64,000 nt of DNA, from the NCBI GenBank assembly GCA_045132235.1, contig JBGURX010000020.1, positions 7,819 through 71,818 on the forward strand. Reading direction: 5' to 3'. Origin of the DNA: Bacteroidales bacterium (GTDB lineage Bacteria; Bacteroidota; Bacteroidia; Bacteroidales; WCHB1-69). The notes under the pieces were generated by a model, which had not been told where the DNA came from, searched no databases, and saw only the letters and a program-made list of their open reading frames with translations. Shown here in pieces: positions 26,968 through 34,624 of this stretch; the stretch's first letter is position 1; every line of letters starts with the position of its first letter. The translations under genes were made by a program, and so were the position numbers.

Positions 26968-28485
26968 TTATTGTTTGGTGATATATTCATTTATAAATTC
27001 TATGATAAAGTCGTAGTAAGATTTAGCCTTTTCCTTTGTAAGGTTTTCGTCAGGGCCATGTGTCTGCCGCCCGCCTATTGTTCCATGTGCACAGGTGTTG
27101 TTCCTCCAGTGTGCTATTTCAATCAGAAGTTCAATTTTCCCGTTCAGCATGGAAAACAGTGGGGAGTTTTTGTCCAATTCATATGTTAGGGCAAAGGCAG
27201 CCAAATGCTGGATGATGCCTTGAGGATTTTTTATCTTCCCTTTCATCGCATTCAGCAATTGATTCGGCACAGAAGTCTCCCTTGAGAACAATTTGGATTT
27301 GTAAATATTCTTTATGGCTTGCTTCTTGTCGTTTGTTGAATCCGTATTGTCATCGGGATAGCGGTTTACCAACTCTTCATAAACGGATTGCCTATTGTCC
27401 CTATCGTGCTTGAATACATTCTCGAAGGCAGAACAGATGTACAAAATCATTTCCTTTGCAGAATTTTCCCATTTTTGTGGGTTGTCTTGGATGTGAAGAT
27501 GCTTCTCTATAATCTGCTCACAGTAGCCTTGTAGATTTTTATCCAAATTATAAAAATCAGTAGAAAAACTATCGCACACGACCTCATCAATCCTGTTTTT
27601 CAGATCCTGGTTATATTCCTCCAATCTCTTATTACGGGAGGTCTGTGCATCCTCGAACCTTTTCTCAATCTCACTGAGCAACGTTTTGTTTTCCTTTGTG
27701 TTAAGATAAAATTTCAGTTGCACATTGTCGCCATAGCCAAAGGGATCCAGCACTTTCCAGTCCGGATTGTAGATTCCGTCTTCACCCTCCAGATAGATAT
27801 AGGTACACACCCAAACCTTTTCGGGACGATTGGTCGGGATGTAGCGGATGCTTAGTTTCGGAATCGTTGTTTCCACGGTGTCCTCCGACATCGAGTCAAA
27901 CTGTTTGCTGTAGGTGTCTTTTATGATTTCCGCAATTTGTTTTTCCGACAAGGCGGATTTAGTTTTTTGCCGGAAGACGATCTCGTCCAAATAGAACACG
28001 GAGTCATCCCGTTCATCACCATCCCCCTTTTCGCCTCTGATGATGCGTGGCTTTGGATCGGACGTGACATCCGGGCGGACGATATTTTCCACATAGTAGG
28101 GATAGTATCCCTCGGTGTCAATATACTGAAACAGGTAGCCTATCCTTCGTTCATTCGGGTTGATGACCAGTCCGTCTATTTCCGACAATTTATTCTTTCC
28201 TTCCTCAGAGAGGGCGCCATACTGGGTGAGTAACCCTTTTCGCTGCAGGGCATTCGCCACTATCTCGATGAGTTTTTCATCCAGCCCTGTCATTTCCGCT
28301 ATTCTTTGTGTTGCCATCCCCGGTTTCGCCTTGAACCGCAGGACGGTCTTTTCAAAGAAATCCAATCCCGAAGAAAACGCACATGTTTCAATACGGTACA
28401 TGTACATGGGTATCGCCACCCTCAGAAATCTGCGGGATGGGCTTGCCGTAGTATTGCAAATAATGTTATTGTATTCTATTTCCAT
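26968..28485 (-). CDS. wHTH-containing protein with C-terminal HEPN-like RNase domain
   Basis: Track ORF 26968..28575. I prefer the ATG at 28485 (MEIEYNN..., a 20-nt overlap with the helicase gene end); alternative ATGs are at 28407 and 28401. The wHTH-like segment is MATQRIAEMTGLDEKLIEIVANALQRKGLL. The C-terminal WRNNTCAHG (nt 27085-27105) fits the HEPN Rx4-6H motif with the common RN...AHG flavour. Confidence 0.55.
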   Translation of the reverse strand: MEIEYNNIICNTTASPSRRFLRVAIPMYMYRIETCAFSSGLDFFEKTVLRFKAKPGMATQRIAEMTGLDEKLIEIVANALQRKGLLTQYGALSEEGKNKLSEIDGLVINPNERRIGYLFQYIDTEGYYPYYVENIVRPDVTSDPKPRIIRGEKGDGDERDDSVFYLDEIVFRQKTKSALSEKQIAEIIKDTYSKQFDSMSEDTVETTIPKLSIRYIPTNRPEKVWVCTYIYLEGEDGIYNPDWKVLDPFGYGDNVQLKFYLNTKENKTLLSEIEKRFEDAQTSRNKRLEEYNQDLKNRIDEVVCDSFSTDFYNLDKNLQGYCEQIIEKHLHIQDNPQKWENSAKEMILYICSAFENVFKHDRDNRQSVYEELVNRYPDDNTDSTNDKKQAIKNIYKSKLFSRETSVPNQLLNAMKGKIKNPQGIIQHLAAFALTYELDKNSPLFSMLNGKIELLIEIAHWRNNTCAHGTIGGRQTHGPDENLTKEKAKSYYDFIIEFINEYITKQ

Positions 28486-31400
28486 ATTTTGAGCTTGGAT
28501 CTGAAAACGTCTTGTAAAATTCAAAAAGGCCTTCCACGTATTTTTGGGCGAATTCGTCTTCAAACATTTGGGCATCGCCCACCACGATGATCATTTTCCG
28601 AGCGCGGGAAAAAGCGACATTCAGCCTGTTTTCCACTGTCAGGAACCCGAAAACCTTGCCGGGGTTTTCGTCCGTCCTCTGGATCTCATTGGAGCGCACC
28701 GTACTCAGGATTACGATGTCAAATTCCTTGCCCTGGAAGGAGTCCACGGAACCGATCCTCAATTTTTCGCGGCCATCCGCTGTCTCTTTGTATTTATCGG
28801 CAATGTCGTATTCTCCTGTTGCCGTTTTCTTCGCATATCCAGCATCAGATGCTTCTTTATACAGGGATGTGACCTGTTGAGCGTAAAACGTGATGATGCC
28901 TACACTCAGGTTCTCGAACTCAGGGTCTTTCTCCATTTCCTTCAGCAAGGCGAAAACCCGTTTGGCTTCGGCAGGCCGGCTCTTGCTTTTTCCTCCGAGC
29001 TCTTTCCCCGACTGTTTCGGCACATTGCAGAACACTCCCACCTTGTCCTTTGCCCATTTGAGCTGGAGACGATGCTGTTTTGCCTCAGCCTGCTCATTCC
29101 ATCCCATTCCCGGCTGAAGTTCCCCATTGTAGTACAGCCTGCTGATAAAATCGCCGATGGCTGGATGCATACGGAACTGCGCTTTCAATGTGATGCAGCG
29201 GGGGATGCCACTTTTTTCCATGTTTCTGAAAATGATTCCGAAAAGGGATTCCTGCAGTTTTTTCTTTGCTTCCGCCTGCCTCATCTCTTCGGAATAGGTG
29301 GCGGCCGTCTCTTTGGCGATAGACTCTTCCAAAAGATGAGGCAGCTGTTTCTGGTCACCGACAAGGATAATGCGCTCTGTCGCCTTGGTCATTGGTATGA
29401 GGAGGTCCAGGGGGTTCGAGCGGGCCGCCTCTTCCAGAACGACATTGTCGAAATAACTGTACTCTCTCATAGTATAGCTGCCCGACACCTGGTTGGTGGC
29501 TGCAATACTTTCCCCGTAATTCACAATCGACTCCCTGATGTAGCCGGCATCTGCCAGGTCTCCCAAAATCTCTTCCAAGACAGAGGTAAGGAACGTATCT
29601 TCGTCCTCGTAGTCCAAAGACTCCTTTTTCCGTGCCCACGAAATCGCCTCATCCATCCAGCACTTCAAGGAAGCATTGTCGCTGATGTCAATCTCATTAC
29701 TCTCCTCGAGTATGCGTGCCAAGTACTTGTTTTTCATCTCCTCCAAACGAGGAAGGAAGTCAGGCTCCGCATACTTCATTTCCGGCGGTGCCGATTCGAT
29801 AAATGCACGGTCATTGTCATCAATATCCATTTTCTTGCTGAAACGAAGGAGGTTTTTGTATCCGTCATCATCGTAGGCTTCCGGCGTGGTGCGGAGACTT
29901 TTGACAAGGCCTTCCACCTTGTCCCGTTCGGAGTCCTTAAAGCCCGATGGTGCAAAATTGCTTTTCCATGTGCTGACGAGCGCATCATTCTCAATAATAC
30001 CCGCACGAACCCAATCGTCTATTTGCTTGGTTATATCCGATTTGTTATTCTCTTTTTCAAGAATTTGCTTGAGTTCCACCAGCTTTTTGGACAAGCGCGA
30101 CGACTCAGTTTTAGGGGCAAGTCTTTGAAAAGAATCATTCACATGGTTCCTTATGTCCTCGACCAGCTTATCTTCAGGTTTGAAGCTATTCTGCGTTTCC
30201 TTGCCGACTTTTATCGTGGGGAGCCCTAGTGTAGAAACTTTGGAGGCGATATGTTCAACCGTATCGTTTTGGAAAGCCGAGACGAGGATGAGTTTCCGGT
30301 CAGCGCATTTCTTCTTGGAGTCGCGTTCTGCAATCTCCAATAACCGGTCGCAGATTGCCGCCACCACTGTTGTCTTGCCTGTCCCGGGAGGGCCTTGTAT
30401 GATGGCAATGTCCGGTGTGTTGACCGCAATTCTGACCGCCTCTTCCTGGTCGGGGGTCAACCCGTCGATACCGAACTTTTTCCTGAGAAAGGAGCGGGTG
30501 CGCTCAGTCAGCGTCTTTTCCGAGCGGGACTTTTTCCCCATACTTTCAACCTTGTTTTCAATAGCGAAAAGAAGGTTGGTGGTCAGAAACCTCCTTTGGT
30601 TACGGAGGAGCGAGACCGCCCTCTCCCTTCGTTTGAACACGACCTCATCCCCTTTTGTCGAAAGGACAAGCCTGCCTTCCGATGGAAGGGTGTATGTATC
30701 GTCATCAAACTCCACCTCGTCGTTGGATCCTAATAACCTTGTCTGCTCTTCGTTCAATTTAACCCGATACAGTTTTGCATCACCCTTTTGTTCCTCTGCT
30801 CCCTCTTTCACCAATTCAAACGAGGCATATCGAAGTTCATCCCTGTGTTCCTTAAACACAGCTCTCTGCTCTTCGGACAAATCCAACTTGACTCTTGATG
30901 TCCCATTTTTCAGGAATCGCCGATCCCTGAATTTCACCTCTCCCAGATCCGATTTCAAATTTTCCACACAATCCCGCTCAATTTTCGAATATCGCTCCCA
31001 TAAGTTGATAAGTGTTTCCCCTTTGGTTTCGCTTTCGCGTATGCTCTCGTAGGTCTGCCGCATTTGAGATGCCTCAACAAAACGGATCTCGTTGTAGAAG
31101 ACAATCTGAAGGTCTGCTAAATCGTCGATGTTTTTGGGCAAACCCTTCTTTGCCTTCTTCTTTTTCACCACCCACTTCTCATTCTCCACTGCCACATCAA
31201 TGGAGCCATGGAGTCCGTACAATGTGAATGTAGTTGACCCGTTTATGTAGGTCTTCACAAGCAGAGCCTCCATTGCACCTGCATCCCACACAAATTCCCT
31301 ATGGAGTTGTTCCGGTATTTTCTCAATCTTTTCACTCCGGTTGGATTGGATGTACTGATCCCCAAAACCGATTTCAAAATCGCTTTCAAAATTTATTATC

Positions 31401-31735
31401 TTGCTGCATGGAAGAAATTGGATTTTCGCGCTTTGTGTATTTTCGTCGAAAAAGTCAATCCAGAACAGATAGGAGTTCAGTTCTTCGTTTGGTGATGGCG
31501 TGACGGATGATAGTTTATCCGGGTCATCCATCTTCATCCGCATAGGCATCGTCTTCCTGTTATTTCCTTCTTCAAGAATGTCAGCGGAGAACAAAATCTC
31601 GCTTCCTTCAATTTTGATGAAAGAAAGAAGCTGGGGCGGCTTTAGCCAACTGACATCATCTGAAATCAGCTGACCCGTGAGGAAGTTGCGGTAATTTTCC
31701 TCTGGAAAATGTTTGAAAATATCTGCTATTACCAT
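28466..31735 (-). CDS. Upf1/DNA2-like superfamily 1B helicase with ~440-aa uncharacterised N-terminal region (CnuH-like candidate)
   Basis: 1089 aa. Motif I IQGPPGTGKTT (nt 30368-30394), motif II ILVGDQKQLPH, then FRMHPAIGDFISRLYY, VDSFQGKEFDIVILS and NVAFSRARKMIIVVGD. This is the AAA_11/AAA_12 pattern. Confidence 0.85.
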   Translation of the reverse strand: MVIADIFKHFPEENYRNFLTGQLISDDVSWLKPPQLLSFIKIEGSEILFSADILEEGNNRKTMPMRMKMDDPDKLSSVTPSPNEELNSYLFWIDFFDENTQSAKIQFLPCSKIINFESDFEIGFGDQYIQSNRSEKIEKIPEQLHREFVWDAGAMEALLVKTYINGSTTFTLYGLHGSIDVAVENEKWVVKKKKAKKGLPKNIDDLADLQIVFYNEIRFVEASQMRQTYESIRESETKGETLINLWERYSKIERDCVENLKSDLGEVKFRDRRFLKNGTSRVKLDLSEEQRAVFKEHRDELRYASFELVKEGAEEQKGDAKLYRVKLNEEQTRLLGSNDEVEFDDDTYTLPSEGRLVLSTKGDEVVFKRRERAVSLLRNQRRFLTTNLLFAIENKVESMGKKSRSEKTLTERTRSFLRKKFGIDGLTPDQEEAVRIAVNTPDIAIIQGPPGTGKTTVVAAICDRLLEIAERDSKKKCADRKLILVSAFQNDTVEHIASKVSTLGLPTIKVGKETQNSFKPEDKLVEDIRNHVNDSFQRLAPKTESSRLSKKLVELKQILEKENNKSDITKQIDDWVRAGIIENDALVSTWKSNFAPSGFKDSERDKVEGLVKSLRTTPEAYDDDGYKNLLRFSKKMDIDDNDRAFIESAPPEMKYAEPDFLPRLEEMKNKYLARILEESNEIDISDNASLKCWMDEAISWARKKESLDYEDEDTFLTSVLEEILGDLADAGYIRESIVNYGESIAATNQVSGSYTMREYSYFDNVVLEEAARSNPLDLLIPMTKATERIILVGDQKQLPHLLEESIAKETAATYSEEMRQAEAKKKLQESLFGIIFRNMEKSGIPRCITLKAQFRMHPAIGDFISRLYYNGELQPGMGWNEQAEAKQHRLQLKWAKDKVGVFCNVPKQSGKELGGKSKSRPAEAKRVFALLKEMEKDPEFENLSVGIITFYAQQVTSLYKEASDAGYAKKTATGEYDIADKYKETADGREKLRIGSVDSFQGKEFDIVILSTVRSNEIQRTDENPGKVFGFLTVENRLNVAFSRARKMIIVVGDAQMFEDEFAQKYVEGLFEFYKTFSDPSSKYGNRIQ

Positions 31736-31738
31736 ACG

Positions 31739-33133
31739 TTAGTCAATGGTTAAAACTCTTTGTGGTTGATCGCAATGTTCCACAGAAATCATCATTTTTT
31801 CCTTGGTCTCTTTCTTTGCGATGCGAATTCTGACGGGTCCGTTAAATTCTCTGACGTATTCTCCTGACCTTTTGTATATATAAAAACGATGATTGTCCTG
31901 CGGAGTCAATACAAGAATGTCTTCTCTATCACCCGATTCTACTGAAATGAGCAAGAAAGGTTCCGCAGGGTGTGACGGCGCGATAAAATGAGAGGCGTTG
32001 ACCATTCTGGGTGTGCTCGTGGTGACAACGAGTTCCTCATACACTTTCTGTTGCAGCTGGAAACTGCCTTTCCCGTTTTCACACATCTTGTGGGTAACCT
32101 CATCATAATATGGAATCTGCTCCCAACGTCTCATCTGGATTTTGTATGCCTTTTCAATTATCTGCCCGCATAATGGACACTCCGTCCTATGTCCATACAG
32201 GAAATCCATGTTGCATTCAGGATTCGGACAGTGCACTAATTCGTTAACGGCCCTGTGCAGTTCATCATACCATTCGCCCATAGAGGGTCTTTGTATCGGG
32301 TCGTTGAGCCCCTCCTCGAACGTCCGACGGAAAAGTTCGTGCACTCTTGGCGACATCATGATATCGGACGGGATAGCCCTAGTCAGAGCATTGCGAGTGT
32401 CGTTCCTATTATCCACCCACGGGAGCTTTCCAGCCAGAGCGTCCTCCTCAAGTTCCGGCTCTCCCTCGTCAACATAGTCCCCTATAAGTGGATGATTGGT
32501 GGTCAGCACCATAAATGCCAGCACGGCAAAGGAAAAACAGTCCGACGAGGGCGTATTGGGAGCCAATTTGTTCACAATCTCCGGGGCGCCGAACCGCGGC
32601 GTGTATATATTCTGGACCACGCTCGACTTATAGCGGAGGTTGTCCAAATCAATCAGGAAAATATTGTTTTTTTCCGGCCGTTGCGAGACAAACACGTTGT
32701 CAGACGACAGATCGCAATACGCCAGTCCTTTTGCGTGCAGTGAGCGCAACGCAGAGGCCAATTCTCTCAGCAACGCATACCGTTTGCGCAACCCTCCTGT
32801 CTCAAGAAACCATTTTTGAAAGTCACTGTCACATTGCCCACGATATATCCACTCGGTCAACGGTATCATTCCGGAAGCGAATTCGGCAATGTACCCGCTT
32901 CGTGGAGCGGTGATTTCCCATAATGGGCACGCGTATATGTTTTTGTCCAAATGCAAACTGATGAGGAACTGTATTTTCGACCTGAGGAGGAGATCATCAT
33001 GATTGCCAAAGAACAACTTGGCGATATACCGGCCGCCCTGAAGGAGGTATGTGCGTCCCTGACCACCTTCGGCAAGGGCTTTCTCAATCTGATATGTATT
33101 TCCTTTATTGTCAATTACTTCACCCATAATCAT
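31739..33133 (-). CDS. Ser/Thr protein kinase with zinc ribbon and C-terminal beta-rich extension (TerY-P kinase-like)
   Basis: 464 aa. G-loop-like EGGQGRTY, K39 (YIAKL), catalytic loop YCDLSSDN (D141, nt 32711-32713), DLD (162-164), APE (183-185), and CPNPEC...CPLCG (C302-C322). Its ATG overlaps the PP2C stop (ATGA). Confidence 0.8.
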   Translation of the reverse strand: MIMGEVIDNKGNTYQIEKALAEGGQGRTYLLQGGRYIAKLFFGNHDDLLLRSKIQFLISLHLDKNIYACPLWEITAPRSGYIAEFASGMIPLTEWIYRGQCDSDFQKWFLETGGLRKRYALLRELASALRSLHAKGLAYCDLSSDNVFVSQRPEKNNIFLIDLDNLRYKSSVVQNIYTPRFGAPEIVNKLAPNTPSSDCFSFAVLAFMVLTTNHPLIGDYVDEGEPELEEDALAGKLPWVDNRNDTRNALTRAIPSDIMMSPRVHELFRRTFEEGLNDPIQRPSMGEWYDELHRAVNELVHCPNPECNMDFLYGHRTECPLCGQIIEKAYKIQMRRWEQIPYYDEVTHKMCENGKGSFQLQQKVYEELVVTTSTPRMVNASHFIAPSHPAEPFLLISVESGDREDILVLTPQDNHRFYIYKRSGEYVREFNGPVRIRIAKKETKEKMMISVEHCDQPQRVLTID

Positions 33134-33846
33134 CTCAAATTACGCCACCCAAACACCAAAGTCTTGTCATCGCTGTTTTTGGTGGACATTATCTCCTGTA
33201 TTTCTTTCTTTAACGTATAGTTCCGATGCTTTCGTGCCATTGAACCATATTTTTTCTTAAAGTAGTCAAACAGCCCGTCAAGTTGTTCTGGCACAATCTC
33301 ATCGGCGAAACCGTCTGTGGCAATCATAAAATCGAACGTATCGTCAAAATACAGATCAACGAACTTGAAGTCGCTGATTTTGAAGCGATTCCCGAGACAG
33401 CATGTTTCATTGATGAATTCTTTGTCGGAAACGTGCACAAAGGTGGCTCGGTCGCCATCCTTCCTGTAGGCGACCATCGTGTCACCGAGCTGTCCAAGCA
33501 GAACATGCTTGCGGTGTTTATCAACCACCAGCAAGGAGAGAGTCGTGCTAAAGTCGCGCATACAGGAAGAAAGTTTTTTGACACGGGCCGCCCATGCGGA
33601 GGCGAGTGTACGACATATCTCGGACGATGAATGTTCATCTTCAAAATGACGCATGAAATACCTCACCGTCTCCTCACACGCAAACCGTGAGCCTGAATCA
33701 GAATGCGAGGCGGATCCCAATCCATCTGCCATTGCCACGATGAGCAAAGAATCCGTCTCGCATACCAGACGATGGTCCTGATAGGGAATGCCTTTCGTCT
33801 TCATTCCGCGATTGGCCGCCTGTAGGATATCAAACGTCACTGACAT
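33130..33846 (-). CDS. PP2C-family protein phosphatase
   Basis: 238 aa. VAMADGLGS, GQLGDT, MIATDGFADE and DDKT are metal-binding Asp motifs in PP2C order. Confidence 0.75.
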   Translation of the reverse strand: MSVTFDILQAANRGMKTKGIPYQDHRLVCETDSLLIVAMADGLGSASHSDSGSRFACEETVRYFMRHFEDEHSSSEICRTLASAWAARVKKLSSCMRDFSTTLSLLVVDKHRKHVLLGQLGDTMVAYRKDGDRATFVHVSDKEFINETCCLGNRFKISDFKFVDLYFDDTFDFMIATDGFADEIVPEQLDGLFDYFKKKYGSMARKHRNYTLKKEIQEIMSTKNSDDKTLVFGWRNLR

Positions 33847-33848
33847 GG

Positions 33849-34511
33849 TTAGAAGTCGATTATGTCGTCCGACGGAATAACCGGTGCAGCAATCTGATCC
33901 GGCGACTGGCTCTTCAGTCTTTGTGTCACCGACATCGTGACAAACCGGAAGAACTTATGGATGTCGCGGGCGTTCTCGCCCGAAACAAGATACTCCGGAT
34001 TACTGACAAACTGCATAAGCATCTCCTTGTCGGCATCTTCACCGATGGCCATTGCTATGCGGAAGGCCTTGGACGAACGGCCGTCGTTGATCAACTGAGC
34101 GAGCTTCGTCTCCCACTCATCATCATTGGGCTGTCCATCCGTCAACAAGACAATAGTCGGTCTATAGGCACGGGAGGGGACGCGTTCCCTGTCCTCAATC
34201 ATCTCCTTGATCAGTTGGAATGCCTCCCCCATAGGCGTGTTGCCTTGGGCAATAAATCCCGCAAATTGGAAATGCTCCAATGGAGTCAGCGGCATGTCGC
34301 AAGTGGCGCCATTTGCCCCGAAGCTAAACAGAGCCAATTGAATCTCCGCCACCGAGCTGGATTCCTTTTTCATGGAATCTACAAACTCGTTCAACGCATA
34401 ATTCAATGCAGTGATTTTACCATCGACACTCATACTGCCACTACGGTCAACAGCAATAATTACAGGGAGGGGTCTGGGTTTCTGGTGTGTGAAATTGTTT
34501 AAGGTTTCCAT
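33849..34511 (-). CDS. vWA domain protein, TerY-like
   Basis: 220 aa. MIDAS DRSGS (nt 34434-34448), GNTPMG and LLTDGQPND. Size and layout match TerY-type vWA proteins. Confidence 0.85.
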   Translation of the reverse strand: METLNNFTHQKPRPLPVIIAVDRSGSMSVDGKITALNYALNEFVDSMKKESSSVAEIQLALFSFGANGATCDMPLTPLEHFQFAGFIAQGNTPMGEAFQLIKEMIEDRERVPSRAYRPTIVLLTDGQPNDDEWETKLAQLINDGRSSKAFRIAMAIGEDADKEMLMQFVSNPEYLVSGENARDIHKFFRFVTMSVTQRLKSQSPDQIAAPVIPSDDIIDF

Positions 34512-34544
34512 AATGATTTGATTTTATTGGTTAATTATCGACAG

Positions 34545-34552
34545 CAAAAATA
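34545..34552 (-). promoter_or_regulatory. Candidate -7 box (TATTTTTG) of the island operon
   Basis: The minus-strand sequence GTGTATTTTTGCTG matches TAnnTTTG, 33 nt upstream of the vWA ATG (34511). Confidence 0.45.
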
Positions 34553-34581
34553 CACTATTTCTGTGCAACCATCCTGCACTC

Positions 34582-34603
34582 AAAAAAAAAAAAAAAAAAA
34601 AAA
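34582..34603. repeat. A22 (T22 on the operon strand) homopolymer
   Basis: Counted directly: 9+10+3 consecutive A at 34582-34603. It lies 29 nt upstream of the candidate -7 box. Confidence 0.95.
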
Positions 34604-34624
34604 CTGTAGAATACTTTAGAACAT

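Larger units (their letters stand above)
21805..34603 (-). other. Low-GC accessory island carrying an eight-gene candidate defence superoperon
   Basis: Hand-counted 60-nt lines inside the island (24001, 27001, 30001, 33301) give 38-42% GC. Lines in the flanking secA (20101) and hydA (36001) give 62% and 53%. All eight ORFs are on the minus strand, with overlaps of up to 20 nt or gaps of at most 32 nt. Confidence 0.8.

Noticed and set aside
28544-31052. Long plus-strand ORFs inside the island (28544..30229, 561 aa; 30153..31052, 299 aa; also 23883..24863, 326 aa)
   Set aside because: They lie antisense to ORFs with clear helicase or McrC-like motifs. Their translations have no motifs, no start context and skewed composition (L/F/R/V-rich), as expected for shadow frames. 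Accepting them would break the tightly coupled minus-strand operon.
21805-34603. Integrative element (ICE, transposon or prophage remnant), or a classical R-M system
   Set aside because: I found no integrase, transposase, relaxase or phage structural motifs, and no terminal inverted or direct repeats by eye. I also found no DNA methyltransferase motifs (FxGxG plus DPPY/PCQ) next to the McrBC-like pair, so it is not a Type I-III R-M system. Repeat searches by eye are weak and should be redone computationally.
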